This document shows, piece by piece, positions 38,385-51,595 of a stretch of 60,000 nt of DNA. The translations under genes were made by a program, and so were the position numbers. The stretch covers positions 3,224,909 through 3,284,908 of the forward strand of contig MU057560.1 in the NCBI GenBank assembly GCA_013265495.1, written 5' to 3'. Below the pieces are notes generated by a model. It saw nothing but the letters and a program-made list of their open reading frames with translations. It did no database searches and was not told where the DNA came from. Source of the DNA: Vicugna vicugna. Lineage: Eukaryota. Each line of letters begins with the position of its first letter. Position 1 is the first letter of the stretch.

Positions 38385-41297
38385 GGTCCCTGGCTATGCT
38401 CAGGACCAGGAGGGTGGCCTGGGGACACCATTCTGCCCACGGCCGTGTCCTCGCCCTGTCCCCCATCCTCCAGCCAGGGTGTGAAAGGGAAGTGAACATT
38501 TGGCAAATATGAAGTTCTCTTGGCTCAATCTCTGTCTCTCTCAGAAGGTTACACGTGTTTACAGTTATCTCCAGGAAAATACAGCCATATCAACTTTCGT
38601 ATCTCTAACTTATGCGTAGGTAATACAACACCACACACCCTGGAAATGATGGAAACAAACAAGGAGCACCCCTTCTCTGATCTTTTCTCAGCTTCGCTTC
38701 TCAAAACAAGAGCCAGCAGGCTGGGTCTTTTCCTCTGCTCTGTCCTCCACCTGCAACGCTGTGAGAGCCCTTGCCCGCCTCAGTGTTCATAATGCTTGTG
38801 AGAAAATCAAGGTGAGCAGTTTTGAGGTTCACGACGAAGCAGCAACATTCACGCCAATTCAGAAAAGGCTCCCTCGGGACGTGGTAGGGGGTGTCGGGTC
38901 CTGCACAGGGCAGGGGTCCCCATGGACGCGTGGGAATCAGCGTTGCCAAGACATCACCGCAGACGCTATCTCCGCCTGACGTTCTGAGGGACCCGTTCAC
39001 CGGCGGTCGGCTTCTCTCATAAGGTCATCCTGTGGATGTGCGCTGGGGTACATAGCAAAGTGGCTTTGCGTGGTGGAGCGAGCCCTCTGGGGGCTCCCTG
39101 CGGGACCAGCGCCGCGGGCAGGTGGGTGTGGCGTTACCAGCACTGCCCCCAAATTCCACTTGGGAGTCTGGCTTTCCCGTTTCTGAGGAAAGGCCAACTG
39201 AGGGGAAGACAAGCCACATCCATCAGCCAACACAAATCGTTCTATTTGGAGGAAGGAAATACCTCAATTACGGAAGTTGCTCCATGTGGAATGCCTTCCC
39301 ACCACCTTCTCCGTTTGCCGGAAAGAAAAAAAAGAAAAGAAAAGCAGCGAGTCCTTTCCTCTTTCCATCTGATGGAAGCAGGCACGTGCGTGCCGGCAGA
39401 CCTCCCTTCCTGGAATCTGACATGTATCAACTGAGGAAGAGGCAGTTACTCTACAGGGGCTGGAGTTTTCTTCAGGGAAGATTTTTTTTTCTCTTTAAAA
39501 ACCAGATTGTGTCTAAGAATGAATGTGATTTATATACACTTGGTCCTCTGACAACACTTGATGATTGGATTTTGTATCTCTACAAACTGAAGTGACCACT
39601 CTCAGGGAAATAAACGAACAAAAATTTCCTGGGAACAGAAACAACACGTAAGGCGCTCGTGGCCAGAAAGTCTCTCCCAGCAAACTGAGTGGCTACTAGC
39701 CTCTCTTTTCTGTTACTGAAGACGACTCCATAACAGGAGCAAACAGGCCCATGTCAACCCTCTTTCAGTTGTGACAGTACCACCCCCTTCCTTCTATAAT
39801 AAAATGAGCACTGGACTTGCAGGCTCCAGATCTGGGCTCAGGAACTGGAAACTGGATGCTTTGTCTCCTGTCAAGCGACACCGTAGTTTGGGATGTTCTG
39901 TTACTATGACCTCACCTGTGACCACGTGAGCCACTGTCCTCTCCCTCCCTTGCTCAGGACCATCCTTCATCCTTGGACCAGGGTCTGCCCTCCTAACTGC
40001 CTGGTGTGGCGGGACGCCCACAATGGGATGCCCAGGGTGGCATGCCCTGCAGGTGCAAGCACAGAGCGAGGAGCCTGGAATAGCCAGAGACGCGGGGGAC
40101 CACGTCCTGTGTCGGCCAGTGTCTCTACATCGGGACGGAACCGGCAGAAGCAGCAGGGCCTCAGGCTCCTTGGCGACCCCCAGGTTCTTCTCAGTCCTCC
40201 GCCCTTGGGGCTCCTGCACTGGGCACGTCATGGGTCACAGTGATCTCAGCGTCACCTTCCTGGGCTCAGCAAACCAAGTGAGAATCTGGGCACATCCTCC
40301 CCCCGCCCCTCGTGATGCTCCCCACAGCGTGGCCGGCTCGTCGGAGGAAGCGGTCAGCTCCCCTGCGTTCTGCTCGAGTCTCTGGGGAGAAAGCCTCGGG
40401 TGTGGAATCCTCCCAGCTCTGTCCTGGGGGACCAGTTGCCAGTGCCGCATCCAGGCCGAGTGACCAAATCACAGTCCCCGGGGCTGAGCAGGGGCAGCAC
40501 AGGGGGCACCAAGAGAACAGCAAAGCTGCAGCCTGCTCAGAACAAGCCAGGCGCCTGCATGGAGGAAGCGCCCCCACCCCACGAAATGTGAGAATCAAAC
40601 CGAAACGCCTGAACTGCTGCTTTTCCTATAGACCGTGTTTAGGGGAGGAGCGTCCCAACTGCAAGAGGCTTCCGACTGGAATGGCGCTTCGTACTTCACT
40701 ACGCCTCACGTCCCCCCTGCCAAGGGCCCAGGGCCGGAGGCGACCTGGGTGAGCGGACACCAGCGTGCGAGTGGGGCCGCCCCGTCAGGCACCACCCCAC
40801 GAGGGGCACAGCTCTGAGACGCCGGTTCTTCTCGGAGAAAAGTGAGGAAACGACAGGTGACCCTTGGGCCACGCCGGGTCGGGCACCCACCGTCCGCGCG
40901 GCCGAAGCTCTGGGCGTAACTCACCGGCACCCCCGCGCGGGGCTCCCGTCCTCGGACTCGGGGGAGTGCGGACGGCGGGCCGCACCAGCGCCCCTGCAGA
41001 CCCCGTCCCTGCCCCGGGCCGGTGGGCCCGCTGGTCCCAGCCTCAATGCTCAGGGGCAACTGGTAAGTAACGCTAAGCCTTATTCTATATTAAAACGAAC
41101 ATCTATAATGAGGTAGGCTGTAACTTTTATGAGAATTTAAAAAATAAAACTCAAGGACAGGAGGCGACTGGGGCACTAAGTGGAGCCTCGGAGCTGCCCC
41201 GCCCACACGGGGGAGCCCTGCTCAATGCTGGAGAGCCTGGAATTCAGGCAAAGACGGCTGTTCACCCAGGAGATGAGGAGCCCCAGGACAAGCCTGG

Positions 41298-41610
41298 GGA
41301 TGTGTGTGTGCGTGTACCCATGTGCATCTATGTGCCTGTGTGTGACCTGTACCTGCATGTCCTGTGCGTGCAGAAATGTGTGTGCATGCAGGTGTGCCTA
41401 TGTGCACGTGTGTACATGTGTGTGCCTGTCTGCATGCAGGTGTGTGTGCATGTAGGCACACAGGTGTGATTATGTACATGCAGACATGTGCACATTTGTA
41501 CACGTGTGCGTGCATGTGTGCCCGTGTGCAGGTGTACGTGTGTGTGTGTGTGCGTGCGCGTGTGTGCATGTCCATGCCTTGCACACACAGGTGTGTGCGC
41601 ATGCATGCCC
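41298..41610. repeat. Degenerate (TG/CA)-rich alternating purine-pyrimidine tract
   Basis: About 310 bp of tgtgtgtgtgcgtgtacccatgtgcatc..gtgtgtgtgtgtgcgtgcgcgtgtgtgcatg. Confidence 0.85.
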
Positions 41611-43779
41611 GTGGCCCTGGCGGGTAGGAGAAGTGGGCAGGACAAGAAACCAGACAGCAATGGCGAGTGTCTGTCCTGGGCCAGCCTGTCCCGCGGTGCT
41701 GCAGGGACTCCAGCAGAGCAGTGGCTTTGTCCAGTAACTTGCCCAGGCAGGGGCACACTGCCCGGGTGGATGCAGACACCGTGGTCGTAAAAGCCAGGCT
41801 GCAGGAGGCGGGGCAGCGAAGCAGCGTCTGAGAAGCAGCACAGAGGTGCTTGGAACTGCAGCCCGGAAGCCACCAGCTCTCACCTTGGAAGCCGCAGGTA
41901 AAGCAAGGAGAAAGCAGCCTGCTTTCTACAACTGCATGGTCCTCAGTGCAGCTGCGGGGGCAGGGGAGGGACGCGGATCCGGTGCGTGACCCACCGCCCT
42001 TCAGCACCTCGTCCGTGAACGCCTTTCACGAAAAACTAACACTGTTTTCTTTGTGACGTCAAACAATAAAATCAGGTGTCATTACCTGCCTTCATTTATT
42101 TTTATGTGTTAAAAACACCAGGTCGATCCATGTATTACACTTGCATCCGTGAGCTCAGGGGCCCGAGCTTCCGATAAACATCCTGGTAAAGCAGGCGAAG
42201 AACCAAGCTGCAGGTTACCTCAAACTGAAATACGAACAGGCTGGAAGTGCAGGCCTTCCCCCCCAGAACTTGCTGCCTTCTCTGTTTGGGCGGAGCCGTC
42301 ACGGCCCCAGAGCACCATGTTCCCTCGAGGTGACACCTCTCGCCCAGGTCTCACAGACGGAAGGCCTTCCCCGGGTGACTCGCCGTCAGGCGTTTACTGC
42401 GAACTCACCCATTCTCACCTGTGCGCCTGCAAAGAGGCCCCGGGACAGAGCTGTAGCTGAAAACTTGGTCTCGCGTTAAACACACAACCCTCGGCTAGAT
42501 GGGGAGTGTGAATAAGACGTAACCACAAGTAGAGAGGAGCTTGATCGGATCATTGTGGGTTGGAGACAGGTTGTAATTCAAACATGCGAGTCCACGGAGG
42601 TCACCCCTGCTGCGACCAGAGCTGCACGTTATCAAACAACCCAGCTCCCGAAGGATTTCTTCCACTAGGAATTCTGAACGATGACAAATCTACTCAATTC
42701 TTAACAGAAACTGGTATGACACTTCCGTAAACTTACTTAACCGAGTGTAAGTGAAACCAGACGCCTGCCTCCTCTGTGCATTTCCCTGACGACCTGGGGA
42801 AGAGGCGGCAGCACTCTGGGCACTCAGCGAGTTAGGAAGGCAGAATACGACGCTGAGGGTTAGAAGGCCTGTGAGTGGCCAGCAGCTGCTGAGAGGAGCC
42901 CACACGTCTGCACAGCAGAGGGACTGACTCGTTCCTGCTCCTGCGGTTTGAGAAAGGGAAGTGCCCTTTAAAGGGAGAGCAGAAAAAGATCACAGGCCAC
43001 CGTGCAGTTTTCCTAAAGCCACGTTTGGGGAAGATGTTCCTGAGCACGAGCCCAGTGGGTGTGCCCCGGCACCGCTCAGCCCCCCAGACTCGGCTGACAG
43101 CAGAGACGTCCTGTTCCATCCACATGCGCGAGGACGCGGGGACGCGGGAGGCCGGTGGGGCCGGGGGTCGGTGGGACAGGCTGGGGAGGAGGCGCCCCCA
43201 TCCTCAGGCCCCGGGAGACCCTCCCTACTCCGCCTCCTGAGTGGTTGCAGCGTCTGTGCTGAGTCTGCACCTTCTTTAATCGGTTACCCTACTGAACTCA
43301 CCACCGTCCCAGCAGAGCAGCCAGCCTAACACTCGGGAACGTCACCAACCGGCAATGAAACCGCTGGCAGCCTGAAGTCTACACCACTGGCAGCATCTAC
43401 ACCACGGGAATCAGCTCACACTGCAGACCAGGCCTTTCCCTGCCTTGCCCCGCCCACAGGGGGCCAGTGACCGCCGATCACCAGGGCCAGGGTGCCAGTT
43501 TGAACTACATCTCAGTGGCTTCTAGGTGACTGAGGTCACTCAAGCGAACCCTCACGCCCAGCACGGAGTGGCCAGCTCTCCGTGTGCCCCATGAACACAC
43601 CACCTTACAAACACCCACAGGGGTCAAAGCGTCAAAATTGAAAACTCTTTTTCCAATGACTTCTAGGTCATGTGAGCGCCACTGACGGCAGGAAGCTTTG
43701 CTCAGTCACAAGCAGGGTAGAAGTGTCAGATGACAGACGTGCCTCTTAACGTCTGATGGGTGGAGAATGACAGAAAAGG

Positions 43780-45735
43780 CCTGGAGAATCCCAGGAAGGA
43801 TAGATTTCTCCTCCCACCAAAAATAACTGCCAAGCCTCACGCTGGAGACTCCTGAAACCAAAGACAAAGAGAAATCCCAGAAGGCATCTGAAGGAAAAAA
43901 AGCTTACGTACACATGAACAAAAGCAAGCAGATTTTAAGCAAATCAGAAGATGCTTTTAAATTACTGAGAAGAAAACAAAAATCTAAGTGAAAACTTTCA
44001 ACCCAGCATTCTATGCTCAGCAAAAATACCTTTCAAATACGCAGGCAAAATAATATAAAGACGTTCTCAGGCAAAACAAAAGCTGAAGAGGATTTAATGG
44101 CAACCGCCCAGCCCTGCAAGAACTGGTAAAGGATGTGCCTCGGGCAGGCGGACAGTGGCCCGGAGAGAAATCTGAACTTACACAGAGGGATGAGGACTGA
44201 CGAAAGGGAGGAAGAGGAGGGTCTGTGTTTTTTTCACTTGCTATAAAAACTACGGATCATGTAATCAAATATAGAAATAATAAATTGTGTGGTTCCCAAA
44301 AACACAGAAGCAAAATTCACGGGAACTGCAGCAGGAGGGAGGTGAGAAGTGCGTGGGAACTCGCGCGGCCCCTGCCCTGCTCCTGAGGGCACAGCCCCAC
44401 GTGAGGCGGACGCTGACGGGTGAGGCACGCATTGTCGACCTGCGCAAACAGCACAGGATGAGAAAGTGCCATAATACTTAGTAGCTCAGGGACGGGGTAA
44501 AATGAAAGCATGAGACACTCAGAAAGAAGGCAAGAAAATCTGGGCAAAGAACAGAGTATAGATGGGATGAACGGAAGGTTGGCAAGATGATACATGTAAA
44601 CCAAATCACATGAACAACTATGTAAAATGCCTAAACACCCCCCAAAAAGCAGAGAGTACCAGACTGAACAAGAATAATACCAGATTCCACTTACATCTCT
44701 GCAGGGGGCCCACTTTAAGTATGACAAGTGGACTTCATTATATAATTTTCATTTAACATAATGAAAAAGTTGGAAAATGTACATCAGACAAATAATACTG
44801 AAAGCTGGAGTTTATTTATTAATATCAAAAAGTAGACTTCAGAATGAGAAAGATTTCCAGGGATGAATGACAACAAGCAGACAGAAAAAGCAGCAGCTGC
44901 GACCCGCACGTCAGGCCACTGCACCTGCCGGGCCTTCGCAGAGCCCTCGGCAAGCAGCAGCAGAATGCGCCTTTCCTCAAGCGCACACGGAGCGCGCACT
45001 ACTGGACCATAACACGAGTCTCTATAAATATAAAGAGGGGACAGAAGTAGAGCCCCACTCACAGGAGAATCAAAGTAAAAATAAGTACCTAGAAATTCTC
45101 AAACATTTGAAGAGTGAACCCTGTACTTCTTTATAAACCATGAGCCACTGAAAGAATCAAAAGGCAAATTAGAGGCTCTTTGGGCTGCAGACACGTGTGC
45201 TGAGCGTCCCCAGGACCTGTCCTCGGGAGCGCCTCCAGCAGCAGCACTGCCATCAGGCTCAGGGCGAAGTGCCTCCCCACAGGCAGGAAGGGTGCCCAGC
45301 CGGTCCCACGGGGACAGGCGCTGTCTGGGGAGCCCCCCGCTCACCCTCCAAGGGGCTCTCCGCGTGCTCGCTCCCAGCAAAGACACGCAGCCCTCAGGAG
45401 ACCTTCCGGCATCCGGGGCAGCTAGAGCAGGGCGCGCAGGCGCCCTCTGCCGGCACACCCCAGACTCCACGGTGTCTGCAGAGGAGCCCAGCAACAGCGG
45501 CGGCCTTGTCAGCCAAAGGAGGGCGGGGACGCTGTCAGGGCCCAGCCCCAGGCGCCAGCAGACCTCTCTGGGAACAGCCGTCTCAGGCCTGCTCTGCGGA
45601 CTCTCTTGCAAAACACAGAAACACAAATGTGGGAAACACTTAAAACAGTGGTTCCTTGGAAGCGTGTAGTGTTAAAAGCTTCCAAGAGAAAGCAAGAACT
45701 CTCTCAAATCAACAATCTAAGATTCTACCTTTGGA
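43780..45735 (+). mobile_element. Ancient L1M fragment spanning the ORF1 C-terminus to the ORF2 endonuclease region, degenerate and interrupted
   Basis: caacccagcattctatgctcagcaaaaatacctttcaaatacgcaggc..aagacgttctcaggcaaaacaaaagctga..cgcccagccctgcaagaactggtaaaggatgtgc resembles ORF1 QPRILYPAKLSFK.EG..KTFSDKQKL..SRPALQEMLKEVL. ORF2-like motifs follow (aaagctggagt.., aaagtagacttcag, tctctcaaatcaacaatctaag). Confidence 0.72.
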
Positions 45736-47559
45736 ACCAATAACTGATGAATGTCTTTAAAAGTGTGAAAACTGTCATTTTGTAATGAGAAGTTTTAGAA
45801 TGCAGAATAAAATCTGTATCTAAAGGATGGCTTTTGCTAATAGGATACGTACTGAAAAAGAAGCCAGGAGGAAGCGGTGAAATGCCACGCCGCCACCAGG
45901 TCACAGACTCTCATCTCTCAGGCTGTGCGACGCTCCACACCCTTCCACGCTGAGACAGTAATAAGATGTCACTGTCACGCAAAGGCCAAAACGTCAAAGA
46001 AGCGTATTTAGACCAGAGGAGGTAACAGAAAGGGCCAGAATCCCACCAAGGAGGGGCTGGAGAGGGGCTCCCGCGGCCACGTCCAGGCGCTCGCGCCCTG
46101 CTCCAGCTCCAGCATCCTCACGTGTCACCTAGGTCCTCTTCCAGCTCCCTGCAACCCACGAGACTTTCACAGCACACAGTGCTGACCCCGCAGCCCTGGC
46201 CACCCCTTCTCTGCCTCTTGCCCTCCCAGGACCCATCCTTATTTCCCCCCAAACCTCCCCTCCTCCCTCCCACCTGTGAGAATGGAAAGGACAAATCTGA
46301 AAGCATTTTGATTCCACCCCAGGAAAAATGAGAGGGACCCAAAGGTCATAGTGAAATGTGAGAAAGGCAGAATGAAATAATTCCAATGCACAAAGCACCC
46401 AGCATTCCAGAGCTCTGGGCTGGGCCTGCCCGCCTAGGGAGGAAAGCCTGAAACCCGGGCACGTGACTGTGAGGTGCGGCCCAGCTCTGCGTGTCGTCCT
46501 GAGAGGGGAGCTCTTCAGTTCTGCCTCCTCTCCTTCTTCGCTACCGGCTTTTCCCTCTCCTGTTACTTAGTTTAATAAACCATGTTATATGTGTGCACAT
46601 CAAATTAATAGTAAACTATAATGTCAACCAATTTAGAAATTAATTTTTTAAAACATAACTAAATCTTATCCAAGATCGGACTTCCCACGTGTATTATTAG
46701 TTACTTTTGCCAGTTTCATTCACGTGCTTAGAACAAATCTACTTCACATACAGAGAAAGGGCAGTTTATATGTATGTGAGTGAGCGTGTCTTCATTCATC
46801 TTCTGTTACCTTTTCTGAAACTCTGTTAGCAGTTTCAGAATTGGATTCTAATTTCTTAAATCTTAAAGAAACACAATGATTTTAGGTAAATATTATTCCA
46901 AAAGTCTAAGTGTCAATTAAGAATGTTTGACATTATAACTATATCAACATCAAAATATAAAAATACATATGTTTCATTTATATGACATCTTGAAAATTAA
47001 GATAAAATAATGTATGTAAGCTTAATTTTTTTATATCTCTCCAGACTTTAAGCGAACCAGTTTCTTTCAAAACGCCACTGATTTTGATGACAAGAGGTTT
47101 CGGTTGTAAATCCCGATTCCCACTGCATTGTAAATCTAAGCACCAACTTAGGTGAGAGGGTCTTCGGAGTTTTTCTCTAACGCAGTTACAGGAAGTTCGT
47201 CTGCATCAGCTTCCATACAAAGTCACTGCTTAAAACATGCCATGTTTTACATGCAGATCTTGCATCCTGTATTTACCAGTTACCACCGCGAAGAAATACA
47301 GAGTAAAAGTCAAACAAAAATTACTTTATTTACTAGTAGCTGTTAATACAGAGTAATAAAGGAAATGTTCCTGAAAATTCTATTTTTTCCAAATTTATTA
47401 AACCATCTATTTTATAATTTGAAACTGAAAATTGAAAATGTTTATGTTTGAATTTTAAATTTTCACGATCGAAATAAAGATAACTTAGAAATACAGTTCT
47501 GAGGGAGAAGCTCAGTCTTCAGGAACTAACTGATGATCGTCACTCTAGAGAGACGAGCA

Positions 47560-48560
47560 CCTGCCCCACTCTCCCCCGGCGGGACAGCTGACCCACAGCG
47601 GAGCCCAGCTGCCCGTCCGCGGCCACTCGGTCGCACACGGCAGCCTCTGGGCCCCGGGCCCCAGGCCCCCGCGGCGCCGGCCCGGAGCCCCCCACCGGGA
47701 CTCGAGGACACGGGACACCAGGAGGGGGGCGCCAGCGGAGGCCGCGGGAAGGGAAGGGGGCCCCGACCCAGCGCAGCCGGCGGTGGGGTGCAGGAAACCT
47801 GCCGGCCGGGCCCGGAAGGAAGGCGCCGGCGGTGAGGAGCGTGGACCCCGCCCTGCCTGAGAGCGGAGGTCACGGGTGTGGAGAGAAGCTCTGGTCTGAA
47901 CGTAAAGTGCCTCAGACTTTCTCTTGCCGCGACGCCCGCGGAGCCATCCCGGTCCCGACGGAGCCTCAGAACACACAGATCGCCACGTCCGCACCGCGGC
48001 GGGCTCCTGTGTGACCGCCGGAGCCCCACCCTCTGCGCCCACCTCGGGACGTGCGGCTTGTTTAGTCCATAAAACACCCCGGCTCCAGAAGGTGTCTGCC
48101 CTCCCTCGTGAGGGTGACCTGGGCGCCGGAGGCCCTCCCACCCCGCAGCCCTGCCCGCTCCCGGGGGTGGAGAGCCCTCCACTGACCCGCCGCGGCCGGG
48201 GCCGCTCTCCGCTCGGGCGCGCAGGTGCAGCAGACACGCCGGGGGCGGACTGCACCCGCAGGAGCCTTCAGACCCGGCACGCGTGCGTGTTGCGCGTGCA
48301 CGGAGTGTGTGGTATGTGTGTGGGGGTGTGTGTGTGTGAACGCGCATTGCACGTGTGTCTGTGCGTGTGCAGACGTGGCTCTACCCGCGCCTGGCACGCG
48401 TGCCCAGGTCAGTCAAACCCGTCCTTCCGTCAGGACCCCCGCCGGCGGCCCCCTCACCCCCGCCCTGAGTCCGCGGTGCCCACCTCCCCGCTGACTCAAC
48501 CCCGCTCTCGCCCGGCCTCCCCCGGACCACTGACCCCGGTGGTCGCCCAGGCTCAGTGCC
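47560..48560. promoter_or_regulatory. Intronic CpG-rich island in SNTG2 intron 1
   Basis: About 1 kb of dense CpG/GC sequence directly after a very AT-rich segment (46570-47500). It includes a short TG tract at about 48280-48375. Function unknown. Confidence 0.6.
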
Positions 48561-51543
48561 CCTCGTGAAGCTGTAACAACCTATTGGCTTAACACGGCCG
48601 TGATTCTCCCAGCAGCGTCTCTCTCCTCCCCTTAGACGCCCGTAGCCATCTGCAGTCGCAGTGTGTGTGTTCACTCTTTTCTGCGACCACACGGCGGTCA
48701 CATCCAGCAGCCGGGGCAGTGACCACACAGGCAGCCCTTCCCCCCCCCACCCTCCCGCCTGCCACCTCCTGTCTGGACCCCGTTCCGCCCCGTACTGTCA
48801 CCCGGGTCCCCAGCACGGCACACGGTACCTGGCAGGTGTTCAAACACCACTCTGCAGACATCATCACGGACGTGCACGTACGTATGAACCGTGTGCACGT
48901 TTACAGTAACCACAAAGCACTCTTCCCAATGATGTCGGACTTCACCTTCATGAAGTCCCCACCCTTTGGGAAGGGCCTGGAAGCTGAGACACAGGCCAGC
49001 CTGGCCAGCCCCTCCCTGTCCCCTACCCCGCAGGAGACAGTCACAGACGCTGGTGTCTGTCTCCTCGTCACACAAACCAGACTGGACCTTCCATCGGGAC
49101 GACAGTAGCCGGCGCTGCCCGGCGGGCCACACACCCCCAGAGGCACTGACCCGCCTCAGCGTGGTCACCCCAGGTTTAGGGATGAGAAGGGACTCCATGC
49201 TTCCCAGGACCGGCTGAAAACTGAGGATAATTACCATGTGAAGAACCAAAGTGCTAGGGCCATTTGGCAAAGTAAAGTTACCTGAAGAAAATCATTAAGG
49301 ACACTATTCACCAGGATAGACGTGAGAACAGAACAAAGTATATTTTACCATTAATGGTTATGCTGATTTGTAAAACTGATATTAAACTCAGCTACTATAA
49401 AAGTATAAAGGCACAAATTTCTCAAATCCAAAACAGCTCATCATAAATACAAAATAAATCCTCAGTACAAGAGCCATTAACGAACCTTCTCCTTCTCACT
49501 CAGAGAACCACATACATTTACTTCAGGTAACATTTATTCACTCAGCTAGCCTGTGTGCATCAGCATTATGCACCTGCTGAATAGCTGACTCACCCAGCCT
49601 CGGGTCTCCTTCTGGAAGCAAGGGGACTCTCCCAGTCACTTATACGCAGCATCACTGGCACAGCTGCAATCACGCCCTTTTGAAAGACAAGCACTGATCA
49701 GATTATCCATGTTTACACCTGAGGGAGGGCACGAAGCCCATAAAACACAGGGGCACGGAGCACCCAGCAAAGGGTCTTGAGAGCAGGGCTGTGCAGCCAT
49801 CAGAGAGGCTGGGCTGCACAGTGACGAGGAATTAGCAGGGGGACAGTGCCGGTGGGTGGGCCCAGAGTGGGGCCCAACGTCCAGGGAGAGAACAGCAGAA
49901 GCAAAGGCCCCGGGGCAGCCACAGGGACACCAGCGTATCCGAAGTTCAAAAAAGTCATGATTCGGGTCATGACACCAGCTGGAGGGTGTCGCTGTCCTTC
50001 TCTGGCACATAAACACAGAGAGGACCAGGTTTCAGGCTAAGGCTAAGAGTCAGTTTCGGAAACATTAACCCAACAGCCAAGCAGGCCTCACACTCAGGCA
50101 CGGCACTGGGGGTCAGCGATGTAGGAGGGCGATTTGACCAGAGGAGGGAGAGGTTACCTAGAAACAGAACGCGGGAAGAGACCCTCCAGCAGAAGGGCTG
50201 CACCCTCCCACTCTGAAAGGCACAGCCAGGGGCGGGGGGAGCGGCCAGCAGCCCCAAATTGCTGAGCGGTGAAGCCAGAGGCAGCAGGTCTGGGCCTGGG
50301 GACCAGCCGCCCAAGGGTCTCGGGTACAGAGGCGAAGATGGAGGTCAGCTGGGGACAGTGACCGGCAAAGGACAGCACCAGGGCCACCACACAGAGGAAA
50401 GGGTCGGGGAGACAGGCTCAGCCGCCTCTTCCAACCCCTCTGATTTGGAAAGAGAAGCTGGTCTCCTCTTTAAAAAGCACGCCGGGGCCACGGGACTTAG
50501 TTTCTGGAGGGTTGCCAGCCAAAGTGTGCGCAAGCATTGCCAAACGTGACACTTATTTCCATGGAAAGTGTTGTAATTTCTGACAGTAGTAACTGGCAGC
50601 TATGCCAGACTTTAGAAACACAGATGATTCTACTGCATGCTAGCTCCGTGGGCAAAAACGTTCTCACGTGGAACGTGGGTGCATCCACGTGGCCATGTTT
50701 TTACCTGTGGTAACTCATGGAACAGACAATGAAATACCTGCCTGCCAGAGCAGTCACATTCATCTAGAAATGGAGCGTGATTCTTACTATGATCTGTCAC
50801 GTAAACCACTCTGATTACAGCATAAGCAGTTACAGAGGCTCTCTTTAGTCAATGCCTCAATGCAGTCACCCCTCACTGGGCAGGAGGGGGTCTGTCTTCC
50901 GAGGCTGGGGTCTAACTAAAAACAGCATGAAAACCAAAGCAGAGGAGCGCTCACCAGCACCGCGGCACTTACGGTGCTGGCCCTCCACATTTATATGATC
51001 GTGCTTCCAGCACAACTTAGGGCCTCAAGGCAGCGATACGTGTCCAGGTTGCAAATGAACTTCGGTGCCTACAAAAACTAGACAGAGTGGATGTCAAAAT
51101 GTCAACAGTTTCGAGCCAGATTTACTCCCTCACAGGAAGTACGACTGGAAGTACGAGGCCAGAGCCGGGCTGGTGCCCGCACACAGCCGGGGAGGACGCT
51201 GACGGCACTGCTGGGGGGGCAGGGGCTCCAAGGCGAGTCCACCATGGGTCAACACGTAGCTGACCATTTCCAACCGTTTCCATCCGTGGCCTCTCAGAGT
51301 GGTCTCTAGACAAGTTAAGAGGCATGTTCACTTTTCTAAAATCTTACTTCTTTGTTTAATTAAAATACAGCTCATTGAGAACATTGACAGGGCGTCACAC
51401 TACAGCCTCGGCAGAAAACAAGCTGTTTCACCAACAATTTTATTGAAAATCACATCATAATGTTCACTGCACTTCTTAACCCCACTGAAGACCAAGTGCA
51501 AGAGAAGAAGGAGGGCTGGGACTGGGGGGGAGCGGGGGGGGCA

Positions 51544-51595
51544 NNNNNNNNNNNNNNNNNNNNNNNNNNNNNNNNNNNNNNNNNNNNNNNNNNNN
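51544..51595. other. Assembly gap (52 N)
   Basis: Run of N flanked by G-rich gggggcagc-type sequence. Confidence 0.99.
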
